Origin: Planctomycetota bacterium
GTDB taxonomy: Bacteria > Planctomycetota > UBA8742 > UBA2392
NCBI GenBank assembly: GCA_020425695.1
Contig: JAGQRE010000002.1
Coordinates: 5,829 to 69,828 of the forward strand
DNA length: 64,000 bases
Reading direction: 5' to 3'
The notes under the pieces are model-generated. The model did no database searches. It worked only from the letters and a program-made list of their open reading frames with translations, and had not been told where the DNA came from. The translations under genes and the position numbers were made by a program. Of the stretch, positions 17,580-26,791 are shown in pieces; the stretch's first letter is position 1; every line of letters begins with the position of its first letter.

Positions 17580-18008
17580 CTAGAACTGGATATCCTGACC
17601 AAAGCTGAACTCAACCCAGTTGCCGTCCGGGTCACGGATGATCGTCCAGTAACCGACGGGTGGCCCGCTGTCCTGCGGCTCGTACTCCAGAATCCCTAGT
17701 TCACGGGCTTTGGTCGCGACATGATCGACCGCTTCGCGACTCTCAACGGTGAACCCCAGATGATCCATCCGGCGATTCGGACCCTCTTCACCACCACTGA
17801 GCAGCACCAGCACAAAATCCAGACCCAGCGGGCGCGCCGAAACCCAGTACACCGGCATGCTGTCGCCGTCGCGCTCGTGCACGATGCTCATGCCGCATAC
17901 CGAGGCATAGAATTTCGCCGTCGCACTGGTATCGCGGCAACGCAACGCCAGGTGCGTCAACCCGACTTTGCCGACACCGCCAAGATCACTCGGATCTCTT
18001 TCATTCAT
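17580..18008 (-). CDS. VOC/glyoxalase-family protein
   Basis: 142 aa. LTHLALRCRDTSATAKFYASVCGM...HLGFTVES...DPDGNWVEF is the typical paired beta-alpha-beta-beta-beta glyoxalase pattern. Confidence 0.8.
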   Translation of the reverse strand: MNERDPSDLGGVGKVGLTHLALRCRDTSATAKFYASVCGMSIVHERDGDSMPVYWVSARPLGLDFVLVLLSGGEEGPNRRMDHLGFTVESREAVDHVATKARELGILEYEPQDSGPPVGYWTIIRDPDGNWVEFSFGQDIQF

Positions 18009-18172
18009 GGGCCCAGATTAGCGTGAACGGCGCCCGATCGCGACGATCGGTTTTACGCATTCGTTGCGCCCCTGAACCCGCCCGGAAGATTCCCGGGTGG
18101 AAAATCCGGGAACTTGTGAAAGCCGTGTAACGTCTATGGCAATGACAGGGTATTAGTGGCAGGAACATAACG

Positions 18173-18343
18173 ATGAAAGCCAACACAGACAAAATCGCTA
18201 ACGCCTCTCCCACCTATGCACGCCTGCTGGCCAGTGCCCGCGCAGCCCAGTCACGCCGACGTGAACTGGCCCGTTTCCTGACGTCGAAACGCCAGCGCTG
18301 CGAGTTCGAGCAGATCATGCAGGCCCTCACGGTAGGCGGGTAA
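18173..18343 (+). CDS. possible small protein (56 aa), below the ORF-track cutoff
   Basis: ATG at 18173, TAA at 18341. It translates to MKANTDKIANASPTYARLLASARAAQSRRRELARFLTSKRQRCEFEQIMQALTVGG. A perfect 11-bp terminator hairpin follows 18 nt later. Confidence 0.3.
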   Translation: MKANTDKIANASPTYARLLASARAAQSRRRELARFLTSKRQRCEFEQIMQALTVGG

Positions 18344-18360
18344 CCGAACACAAATACTGA

Positions 18361-18387
18361 ACCGGGCGGCCTTTATGGCCGCCCGGT
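18361..18387. terminator. bidirectional intrinsic terminator
   Basis: accgggcggcc-tttat-ggccgcccggt is a perfect 11-bp stem followed by tttg. It lies between the small ORF (+) and the peroxiredoxin (-). Confidence 0.75.
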
Positions 18388-18415
18388 TTGCCTTCAACCA
18401 ACCCAATATCTGAGC

Positions 18416-19069
18416 CTACAGCGACTTCTTGTTGAGATAGAAGTCGATGCGCTCGTACTCTTTGTGGGTCTCGCGCTCGGCGACGTCGGCAACGCTCTTG
18501 GGCGGCGGGACGATTACCTGGTCGCCCGGCTTCCAGTTCACTGGTGCGGCCACGCCGTGCTTGTCGGTGGTCTGCAGACCATCAAGCAGGCGCACAACTT
18601 CGTCGATGTTGCGACCGACGTTCAATGGGTAGTAGATGATCGCGCGGACGGTGTTCTTCGGGTCGATCACGAACACGGCGCGCACGGTCGCGGTCTGGCT
18701 TTCGTTCGGGTGCAGCAGCCCGTAGCTCTGGGCAACCTTGGTGTCGAGGTCAGCGATCAGCGGGTAGTTGATCTCGACGTCCAGGATCTTCTTCAGGTTC
18801 TCTCGCCAGGCGAGGTGGCTGTGGATGCTGTCGATGCTGAGCCCGATCAGCTTGGTGTTGCGCTGCTCGAACTCTTTGCTGCGACGGGCAAACTCAGTCA
18901 GCTCGGTGCTGCAGACCGGCGTGAAGTCGGCCGGGTGGCTGAACAGGATGGCCCATTTGTCCTTCTTCCACTCGTGGAAGTTGAGTTGGCCTTCGGTGGT
19001 AACGGCGGTGAACTCCGGTGCGGCGTCGCCGATGCGCGGGATGCCGCGGTATTCTTGTGCTTCACTCAT
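18416..19069 (-). CDS. 1-Cys peroxiredoxin (Prx6-type)
   Basis: 217 aa. Active-site motif FSHPADFTPVCSTEL. No resolving Cys is apparent. Confidence 0.9.
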   Translation of the reverse strand: MSEAQEYRGIPRIGDAAPEFTAVTTEGQLNFHEWKKDKWAILFSHPADFTPVCSTELTEFARRSKEFEQRNTKLIGLSIDSIHSHLAWRENLKKILDVEINYPLIADLDTKVAQSYGLLHPNESQTATVRAVFVIDPKNTVRAIIYYPLNVGRNIDEVVRLLDGLQTTDKHGVAAPVNWKPGDQVIVPPPKSVADVAERETHKEYERIDFYLNKKSL

Positions 19070-19185
19070 TGCTGTATCTCCAAAATTCAGTCTTCGAAAA
19101 AGTAGTTGTTCAGTTGATAACGCGCCTCATTCGACATCGCATTCGTAATTCCCCTTCAAAGCATCAAGCGAGTGTTAAAGAAAAT

Positions 19186-19208
19186 CGCCCGGGCCAAAGA
19201 CCCGGGCG
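19186..19208 (-). terminator. intrinsic terminator after rpmA
   Basis: cgcccggg-ccaaaga-cccgggcg. On the - strand it is followed by attttcttt. Confidence 0.6.
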
Positions 19209-19233
19209 AAGTGTGCTCTCATCGTTTTCGTGC

Positions 19234-19488
19234 CTAGCTGGCGGCCGTCTTGATGAACACCTTCTTCCGGGAAGTGCCGGAGAAACACATCACGCCGTCG
19301 CACAGAGCGAACAGCGTGTAGTCGCGTCCCATACCGACGTTCTTGCCCGGGTGGTACTTGGTGCCAACTTGACGAACAAGGATGTTACCAGCACGCACGA
19401 ATTGACCGCCGGACTTCTTCAGTCCGCGGTACTTCGCATTGCTGTCGCGGCCGTTCTTGGTACTGCCGCCGCCCTTTTTATGTGCCAT
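19234..19488 (-). CDS. rpmA: 50S ribosomal protein L27
   Basis: [52 protein letters not shown] is a canonical L27 sequence. Confidence 0.95.
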   Translation of the reverse strand: MAHKKGGGSTKNGRDSNAKYRGLKKSGGQFVRAGNILVRQVGTKYHPGKNVGMGRDYTLFALCDGVMCFSGTSRKKVFIKTAAS

Positions 19489-19531
19489 GACCGTATCCTA
19501 TCGCATGCACAGACACTGCTGTCTGTGGTGA

Positions 19532-19846
19532 CTATGCCTTGATGTTGGTTACCTTGACAAGGGTGTGGCGCTGACGATGCCCGCGCTTGCGCTTGCTGTT
19601 GGCCTTGCGGCGACGGTACGTGAAGGCGATCAGCTTCTTGTCCTTGATCTCTTCCAGTACTTCGACTTCGACGCTGGCGCCGGCAACCTTCGGGGCGCCG
19701 ACCTTGACGTTGTCGCCATCAGCCACGAGCAGCACGTCATCAAGCACGATCTTGCCGCCTTGTTCCTGGCCGAGGCGATCAAGCTTGAACTCGGTGCCCT
19801 TCTCGACGCGGTACTGTCGCCCGCCGTCTGCAATGATTGCGTACAT
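19532..19846 (-). CDS. rplU: 50S ribosomal protein L21
   Basis: MYAIIADGGRQYRVEKG...RRRKANSKRKRGHRQ is a canonical L21 sequence. It lies upstream of rpmA as usual. Confidence 0.95.
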   Translation of the reverse strand: MYAIIADGGRQYRVEKGTEFKLDRLGQEQGGKIVLDDVLLVADGDNVKVGAPKVAGASVEVEVLEEIKDKKLIAFTYRRRKANSKRKRGHRQRHTLVKVTNIKA

Positions 19847-20202
19847 TCTTTACCCTTGCTTGCTGCTTCCACTGTCGGCGGCAGCGGGGGACAGAAAAAC
19901 CTGTCGCTCAACCCGATGCCTGAACCGGGGCGGAAAAGGTAGCTACCCCAGCCAAAGCGTCAAGCCCGAGGTCATGGAAAACTTGAACCCGGACACCAGA
20001 CGACGTCTAGAGTTCTGCCGGCGTGCCCGGGCCCTGCAACTACCCCACGTTAGCTGAATATGGAACGAAAGCGAAAACACTAGCCTCTGCTACCGGCCTC
20101 TCAGCCGGTTACCCCATACCTTTCCTCTATCACTAGCCCCTCAAGCGCTTGCTGTTAGCATGCGCGCCCTTAGCGCCAATCCGGGCGCCAGACGGAGATG
20201 CC

Positions 20203-21930
20203 ATGACGCAGGATGTCAGTGAATACCGGGCCGTACGTGAAGAAAAGCGTGAAGCGCTCAAGGCGCTGGGCGTGAATCCGTACGAAGTACGAACGCCCGA
20301 GCGCACCACGAACGCCGCCATTCGAACAGAATTTGAAACCGCCGAAGCCGGCGCCACTGAAGAAAACCCGGCCGTGCTGAAGGACTGCGGCATCGCCGGG
20401 CGCGTATTGGCCAACCGCAAGATGGGCAAGAAGGCCATCTTCCTCGACGTCTACGACGGCACCGGCAAGCTGCAGGTCTACATGAACGCCAAGGGCGTCG
20501 GCGAACAGGGCATGGCCATCCACGAGAACCTGGACCTTGGCGACTTCGTCTGGGTGAAGGGTGACGTCCAACGCACCCGAACGGGCGAAGTAACGCTGTT
20601 CGCCAGTGAGCTGCGATTCCTGACCAAGGCCCTGAGCGTGCCACCCCTGCCGCGTGAGTTCACCGATGAAGACGGCAACAAGAAATCCATCGACGCGCTG
20701 ACTGACCCTGAGTTGCGCCACCGCAAGCGTTATCTGGACCTGATGGTCCACGGCGAGGTCCGGGAACGCTTTGAACAGCGCAGCAAAGTCATCACGACCA
20801 TCCGCCACTATCTTGAAGCACAGGGCTTCCTTGAGGTCGAAACACCGATGATGCACCCGGTGCCGGGCGGCGCACGTGCACGCCCGTTCATCACGCACCA
20901 CAACGCGCTAGGGATGAACCTGTACCTGCGAATCGCCCCGGAGCTCTATCTCAAGCGCCTGCTGGTTGGCGGCTTCGAGCGCGTCTTTGAGGTCAACCGC
21001 AACTTCCGCAACGAAGGCATTGACCAGACCCACAACCCGGAATTCACCATGCTTGAGTTGTACGAGGCCTACGCCGACTACGAACGCATGATGGAACTGA
21101 CAGAGGGCATGATTGTCGCGGCCGCCAAGGCCCTGCGCGGCAACGACGACTTGAAGTTCAACTGGCTGGGGCACGAGATCGACCTGACGCCGCCCTTCCG
21201 CCGCGCCAGCTATGGTGACTTGTTCGCTGAGCATGTCGGGTTCGCCATGACCGACAAGGACAAGGTCGCGGCCGAAGCTAAGCGCCTTGAGATCGACCCG
21301 AAGCAGGACTACTGGAACACCGTCAACGAGATCCTTGAAGAACACGTCGAGTCAAAGCTGATTCAGCCGACCTTCATGATCGACTACCCGACGGCCATCT
21401 GCCCGCTGACGAAATCCAAGCCCGACAACCCGGACATTGCCGAGCGCTTTGAACTGTTCGTCGCCGGCATGGAGTTCGGCAACGCCTTCAGCGAGTTGAA
21501 CGAGCCAGTAGAACAACTGCGACGCTTCGTTGAGCAGGTTGAGCTTGGCAAGGCCTCGCAGGATGTAGAAGCGCCGAAGGAAGTTGACTACGACTACGTA
21601 GAAGCGCTGGAGGCAGGCATGCCGCCGGCGGGCGGTCTCGGCGTGGGCATCGACCGCCTGGTGATGCTGCTGACGGGCACGGACAGCATCCGCGAGGTGA
21701 TTCTGTTTCCGCAGATGCGCCGCGAACATCTGGACCAACAGGACGCGCCGGTCCAGCGCGCGCGAATCGCCATTGATTCGGTTCTGGAAGAGCTGGAATC
21801 GCCTGAGTTACGCAAGATTGAAGGCTTCCAGCAACTCAAGGCACGCTTCGAAGAGTTGGTCGGGCATGCGAGGATCTTGCTTGGCAGTCCGGACCAGAAG
21901 GCTGGAACGCCGGAAGACGACAAAGGCTGA
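20203..21930 (+). CDS. lysS: lysine--tRNA ligase (class II) with a ~70-aa C-terminal extension
   Basis: ATG at 20203 preceded by ggaga (the ORF-track TTG at 20149 is probably too early). Class II motifs FRNEGIDQTHNPEFTMLELYEAYADY and GGLGVGIDRLVMLLTG are present. Confidence 0.95.
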   Translation: MTQDVSEYRAVREEKREALKALGVNPYEVRTPERTTNAAIRTEFETAEAGATEENPAVLKDCGIAGRVLANRKMGKKAIFLDVYDGTGKLQVYMNAKGVGEQGMAIHENLDLGDFVWVKGDVQRTRTGEVTLFASELRFLTKALSVPPLPREFTDEDGNKKSIDALTDPELRHRKRYLDLMVHGEVRERFEQRSKVITTIRHYLEAQGFLEVETPMMHPVPGGARARPFITHHNALGMNLYLRIAPELYLKRLLVGGFERVFEVNRNFRNEGIDQTHNPEFTMLELYEAYADYERMMELTEGMIVAAAKALRGNDDLKFNWLGHEIDLTPPFRRASYGDLFAEHVGFAMTDKDKVAAEAKRLEIDPKQDYWNTVNEILEEHVESKLIQPTFMIDYPTAICPLTKSKPDNPDIAERFELFVAGMEFGNAFSELNEPVEQLRRFVEQVELGKASQDVEAPKEVDYDYVEALEAGMPPAGGLGVGIDRLVMLLTGTDSIREVILFPQMRREHLDQQDAPVQRARIAIDSVLEELESPELRKIEGFQQLKARFEELVGHARILLGSPDQKAGTPEDDKG

Positions 21931-22020
21931 TTCCAACGCCGCCCTTCGCCATTTGCTGGGCTTATGCGTATCAAGTAGCCGATATAGTGGCAGCCCTGAC
22001 TGACCCCTGCTGAACGCCTG

Positions 22021-25000
22021 ATGATCGTAGCTCGCGGTTTTGCATTCCTTTTCTTCATGCTGCTTGCGGCCGCGATGATGCTGTGGCAGGTGAACCACCT
22101 GGTGCTGGATTACAACAGCTCGTGGTCGCCGATGGGTACATTGGCGATGATGGGGCTGGGGCTGGGCGCACTTGTCGCCTCGGTCTGGGGCAACCGGGCT
22201 TCGATTAACCGTGCGTCACTGGGGCTGCTGGCTCTGCTGAGCTTGCCACTGCTGCCGATCGTGGCCGTCGTCGCGGGGCTGCTCAGCCTGCTGCAACTGC
22301 GCAGCGCCGATCACCGAAGCATCTGGCAGACCGCCCTGCGTATCGGCGCAGTGGGCACCCTGAATGTACTGCTTCCGCTTGCCGTAGGCGCTGTCGCCAT
22401 TGGTGGCAGTCCCGGCCTGAACGCCGGCTGGGTTGGCGTAAAGCTGCAGTTCTTTGTAGTCGTGGATTACTTTCTCTGCCGCGCGATCCTGCACTACTTC
22501 ACCAGCGGGGCCAGCGCGTTCGTGAGTCTCAGGTTCCTGCGCAAGCGCGTCATGAGCCTGCTGGCCGTCGTCGGCATCATGCTTGGCGTGCTCGTGTTGA
22601 TCCTCGTCAACAGCGTGATGACAGGCTTTCAATCCGACTTCCGCGAGCAGATGCGCGGCAGCCTCTCCCATGTGCTGGTGCGCTTTCGCTCTGAAGACAT
22701 CACCATGCATCTGCCGCAGGAAGAGCTGCGAGCGGCCGAGTGGGCCGAGTACGTCAAACGCATCGAAGCCAGCGAAGAGATGCAACTACCGTGGCAGATT
22801 GCGCTGGAAAACGCGCTGGTGCTCTACCGCGAAGACAAGAAGCACGACAGCGACGACAAGGATGGGCTGCCCGACCCTCGCGACTGGGCCTACGCGCAAC
22901 CGCCGATTGTCCCGGGCGGCGATGACCCCGTGAAGCCGGACAAGCCGGATGAAGGCGAACTCACGGGTGATGAAAAGGCTTTCATCAGACGCCTGCGAAC
23001 CGGGCACGGGCTTACCGACCTCGACCGCGAGTACCTGCGCGACGAAGACGGCAACATCACGACGCCGATGCGCTTCTACATCTCAAGGCTGGGCAACGTG
23101 GACGAGGCCAAGGTAAAGGACGGTATCCACCTGTCATGGTTCTCACCGATCTTCCGTGAAGCACTGCAGGAAGAGTTCGAACGCACCGAGACGGCATTGA
23201 AAGAACACGTCGACAGCGAAGGCACGCCCGATGTCGAAGGCGTTTCGTGGCGTGTCTCCGTGAAGACGTTCATCACGCCGAAGTCCGGCTCGCGCGAGTT
23301 GCCTATTGCCGATCTCGTCGGCGTGGACATGCAGCGCGAGCCGAAAATCAGCAACCTCGGCAAGTACGTCGCCGACGCCGAGCTAACCGAGTTTCGTGAT
23401 CAATACGTCCTGGGCCCCATGCTGAACATGCTGGGCGCGACACTGGGCTGGGAAACCGAAGACAGCGTCGAAGCCACGGAAGCGCGCCGAACGTTCATGT
23501 TCACGGAAGACGGGCGCGACACCGGGCGTGTGCCCAAAGACTTCACCAACACGCTGGCGATTCGGCGTTTTACCACGGCAACCGGGCGTGTGCGCTGGCG
23601 CGAGTTCGACAACGTCCGCTATCTCGAGTTCAGCCCCGGACGACCGATCTATGAACGCGTACGCGAGGCGTACAAAGACGCCAGTCGCACGGAAGACCTG
23701 ACCAGGCTGGGCGAAATCCTCGAAACCTGCGAAGCCGACGTGCGTGCCATCCTGCTAAAGCACATGGCGAACGAAGCCCCCGGCGAGCGCTTTGAGCAAG
23801 TGAACTACACCGGCTGCCGGATCATCTTCGAGCGCTACCTGACCGGGCTTAGTGAATCCGTCGAAGCCATCCGTATCTTCTACGGCGAGAATTCGTCGCT
23901 GCTGAAGGAGTTCACCAGCGGCGCCGCAGACAACGATACCCCGACACCTGATGTTGACCTGATCAACACGGTCTGGGGCGAACTGAACGAAGCGACGAAG
24001 CCCATTGAAAAAGAGGTCCGGGCGCTGGATGCCACAGAGGCCGAGCGAGAAGCGAGCCTGCTCGCACTCGGGGCCGCGTACATCCGCATCTACGACGAAG
24101 CGATCAAGCAGGCCGAGAAGCAGAAGCTGCGCGGCGCACTGGACCTGTTGCAGAATCTGCGTGCCTACGCCGGTAACCCGGAAGACCTGCTGCCGTTGCG
24201 CAAACGCATGGGCTTCCGCCTGAAGGTGCCTTTGGCGTACGCGGCTCAGAACTTCGACGCGCAATCCGAAGCCGTACGAAATCGCATGCAGGCCTACCGC
24301 GAAGTGCTGCCGTTGCGCACGTCCATGCGTCCCGGTGAAAGCGTCGACGAGTACAAGGCCCGCGCCACCAAGGACGGGATGCGCCCCGAAGACGACAAGC
24401 CCGGCATCATTCTGGGTGACGCGCTGGCAGAGTCAGCCCTTGGCGCAGGTGTAAACATTGGTGACTCGATCGCAGTCACCATTCCCCGCATCTACTTCGA
24501 GGAAAACCGACTGATCCCCAAGACGGTCGAAGTCTGGTTCAAGGTTACCGGTTTCTTCCGCAGCGGGCTGTACGAAGAAAACCGCGGGCGCATGTACTGC
24601 GACTTTGAAGAATTGACGAGCCTGCTGGCCGACAGCGAAGTCCGCTACATTGTTGGCGCGCGCCTGAAAGACTATCGCCAGTACGAAGGCCAGAATGAAA
24701 GCGACAAACTGAAGTCGGATATTCGGGAGTCACTGGGCCAGCACCGCGTGCGTTACATGAGCGTCGGCGTCTGGGAAGATGAAACCCGCACGCTGCTTGA
24801 GGCCGTGAACATTGAGCGCACTCTGATCGGGCTGATCGTCAGCTTCATCATCGTGCTGGCCGGCGGCGCCATCGTGATCATCGTGTATCAACTGGTAAAC
24901 GAGAAGGTGAAAGACATCGGCATATTGAAAGCGCTGGGGCATTCGCCCTGGGGCATCCGCAGCGTCTTCATGTTCAACGCGCTGTTCATCGGGCTGTTCG

Positions 25001-25266
25001 GCGCGGTGCTGGGTGCCGGGCTGGGGATGCTGGCGTCGCAGTATCTGAACACTATTGAAGACACGATTGATGAGCTGACGGGCATTCGCCTGTTCCCGCC
25101 TGACGTCTACTTCCTGACGTACATCCCGAGCGTCAAGGGCGCTGACCTGCTGTGGCTGGCCATGGATGTGGCCGTGCCGGTGGTCATGTTCGGCTTCTTC
25201 TGCGGCATCCTGCCCAGCATGGCAGCCGCTCGAAAAGACCCGGTTGAAGCCCTGCACTACGAGTAA
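22021..25266 (+). CDS. FtsX/LolE-type ABC-transporter permease with extra N-terminal TM domain and a very large periplasmic insert
   Basis: 1081 aa. About 175 aa of extra TM helices precede the LolC/E-like start SLRFLRKRVMSLLAVVGIMLGVLVLILVNSVMTGFQ. About 650 aa separate this from the C-terminal FtsX helices (DIGILKALGHSPWGIRSVF...AAARKDPVEALHYE). No ATPase gene is adjacent. Confidence 0.8.
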   Translation: MIVARGFAFLFFMLLAAAMMLWQVNHLVLDYNSSWSPMGTLAMMGLGLGALVASVWGNRASINRASLGLLALLSLPLLPIVAVVAGLLSLLQLRSADHRSIWQTALRIGAVGTLNVLLPLAVGAVAIGGSPGLNAGWVGVKLQFFVVVDYFLCRAILHYFTSGASAFVSLRFLRKRVMSLLAVVGIMLGVLVLILVNSVMTGFQSDFREQMRGSLSHVLVRFRSEDITMHLPQEELRAAEWAEYVKRIEASEEMQLPWQIALENALVLYREDKKHDSDDKDGLPDPRDWAYAQPPIVPGGDDPVKPDKPDEGELTGDEKAFIRRLRTGHGLTDLDREYLRDEDGNITTPMRFYISRLGNVDEAKVKDGIHLSWFSPIFREALQEEFERTETALKEHVDSEGTPDVEGVSWRVSVKTFITPKSGSRELPIADLVGVDMQREPKISNLGKYVADAELTEFRDQYVLGPMLNMLGATLGWETEDSVEATEARRTFMFTEDGRDTGRVPKDFTNTLAIRRFTTATGRVRWREFDNVRYLEFSPGRPIYERVREAYKDASRTEDLTRLGEILETCEADVRAILLKHMANEAPGERFEQVNYTGCRIIFERYLTGLSESVEAIRIFYGENSSLLKEFTSGAADNDTPTPDVDLINTVWGELNEATKPIEKEVRALDATEAEREASLLALGAAYIRIYDEAIKQAEKQKLRGALDLLQNLRAYAGNPEDLLPLRKRMGFRLKVPLAYAAQNFDAQSEAVRNRMQAYREVLPLRTSMRPGESVDEYKARATKDGMRPEDDKPGIILGDALAESALGAGVNIGDSIAVTIPRIYFEENRLIPKTVEVWFKVTGFFRSGLYEENRGRMYCDFEELTSLLADSEVRYIVGARLKDYRQYEGQNESDKLKSDIRESLGQHRVRYMSVGVWEDETRTLLEAVNIERTLIGLIVSFIIVLAGGAIVIIVYQLVNEKVKDIGILKALGHSPWGIRSVFMFNALFIGLFGAVLGAGLGMLASQYLNTIEDTIDELTGIRLFPPDVYFLTYIPSVKGADLLWLAMDVAVPVVMFGFFCGILPSMAAARKDPVEALHYE

Positions 25267-25298
25267 TCACGAAGACTGCCCTGCTCTAAGCGTCGCCC

Positions 25299-25817
25299 CT
25301 ACTTCCAGTCGATGCCTTCGATCTTCAGCAGTTTGCGTTTGCGCGGCAGCCCGCCGCTGAAGCCGCCCAGCCTGCCGTGCGCTGCGAGTACGCGATGGCA
25401 CGGAATGATAATCGGCAACGGGTTGGCCCCCACCGCGTTGCCGACGGCGCGTGCTGCGCCTGGGCGTCCCACGTTCTCGGCCAATTCCGCATAGCTTGTG
25501 GGCTGCCCATACTTCACTTTCTGCAGGCGACGCCAGACAGAACGCTGGAATTCTGTGCCACTTGACAAGTCAAGTGGCACTTCAAACTTCTCACGCGCAC
25601 TCAGCATGTACTCGACAATTTCGTTGCAGGCCTGATCCAGTATCTCCCAGGGATGGTGCTTGCCGCGCCCGGCGTCGTGACGGCCCTTCAACAAGCCCGG
25701 AAGCAGATGGTCCAGACGTTTGCCCAGGCTGATCGTGATCAACCCGTGCTCGCCGCCGGCCAGCCCGAGTTCGCCAAGCGGTGAATCCACATAGGCAACG
25801 GCAAGGCGATTGTGCAT
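25299..25817 (-). CDS. ogt: methylated-DNA--protein-cysteine methyltransferase
   Basis: Active site IIIPCHRVL with upstream YGQPTSYAELA..GRPGAARAVGNA. The likely start is the internal Met (MHNRLAVAYVDSPLGEL) at 25817. Confidence 0.85.
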   Translation of the reverse strand: MHNRLAVAYVDSPLGELGLAGGEHGLITISLGKRLDHLLPGLLKGRHDAGRGKHHPWEILDQACNEIVEYMLSAREKFEVPLDLSSGTEFQRSVWRRLQKVKYGQPTSYAELAENVGRPGAARAVGNAVGANPLPIIIPCHRVLAAHGRLGGFSGGLPRKRKLLKIEGIDWK

Positions 25818-25867
25818 GGCGCGGCTCCGCGAGATCGGGTGTAATCTTGAGTCTAAACAAGGTGGGT

Positions 25868-26722
25868 ATGTCAGTCGCAAGCGAGAAAACTGCTTTCAAC
25901 CCGTGGACTTCGCTGCAGCGATACCGGCGCTACGGGTCGCGCGCACCCGGCGACTTCAGCTTTGCGGAAAAACTGAAGTTCGGCGTGGCTTCAGGAACAG
26001 CACGGCTGGTGATCCGCTCAATCTTCAGTACATGTCGTTGGCAAGTCGAAGGCGATGACGCGTTTCGAGATGACCTGCTGCAGCGGCGGCGCAGTTTCAT
26101 CTTCCTGTTGTGGCATAACCGGATGCCCGCGTTTTTCGCCTACGCGACATCTCTGGTGGTCAGAAATCCCGCCTTCAGCATGGAGAGCATTATCTCCGCC
26201 AGCCGGGACGGTGAGTTGCTGGCACGCCCCATTCGCGAACTCAGCGGCGGTGAGATTCGCGGCAGTAGTTCAAAGGACGCGGCCAAAGCACTACGCACGG
26301 CCGTTGCGCTGGCGAAAGCGGGCTCGAACATCGCATCCGTCGGGGACGGCCCCCGCGGCCCCCGCTATCGTCTTAAACCGGGCTTGATTCTTCTGGCTCG
26401 TGAGTCAGGGCTGCCCATCATCCCGGTTACGTGGGCGGGCAGCGGTGTGCTTCAAATGCACCGCGCCTGGGATCAACTGATGATCCCGCTGCCCGGCAGC
26501 CGAATCCGTCTGCGCTTTGATGCGCCTGTGAGCGTCGCCCCGGATGCCGATGCGCGACAAATTGCCCGCACTCGCCGAAACCTTGAGCAACGCATGAAAG
26601 CGCTGACAGACTGGGCAGACACCGAGACGCGCATCCGTATCCAGTTTCCGAAGCCCAAGCCAGGCGAGGTCCTGAAGCGCCGCCCGCGCATTGAGCTTGA
26701 GGGAAAACACTTCGACGATTAG
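25868..26722 (+). CDS. DUF374-type lysophospholipid-acyltransferase-family protein
   Basis: LWHNRM..., SRDGELLARPIRELSGGEIRGSSSKDAAKALR and GDGPRGPRYRLKPGLILLARESGLPIIPV match the DUF374 pattern. The start is taken at ATG 25868. Confidence 0.7.
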   Translation: MSVASEKTAFNPWTSLQRYRRYGSRAPGDFSFAEKLKFGVASGTARLVIRSIFSTCRWQVEGDDAFRDDLLQRRRSFIFLLWHNRMPAFFAYATSLVVRNPAFSMESIISASRDGELLARPIRELSGGEIRGSSSKDAAKALRTAVALAKAGSNIASVGDGPRGPRYRLKPGLILLARESGLPIIPVTWAGSGVLQMHRAWDQLMIPLPGSRIRLRFDAPVSVAPDADARQIARTRRNLEQRMKALTDWADTETRIRIQFPKPKPGEVLKRRPRIELEGKHFDD

Positions 26723-26791
26723 GCTTTCGCTGCTGCCGCCCGCTGTTCGTACTACAGTCGGAGCCGTACCCTAGCTTTCACGAGCCTTGCC

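Noticed and set aside
18001-18213. 70-aa - strand ORF overlapping the start of the VOC gene region.
   Set aside because: No SD and an odd composition (MGEALAILSVLAFIVMFLPLIPCHCHRRYTAF...). It conflicts with the more plausible + strand small ORF and terminator arrangement, so the evidence is insufficient.
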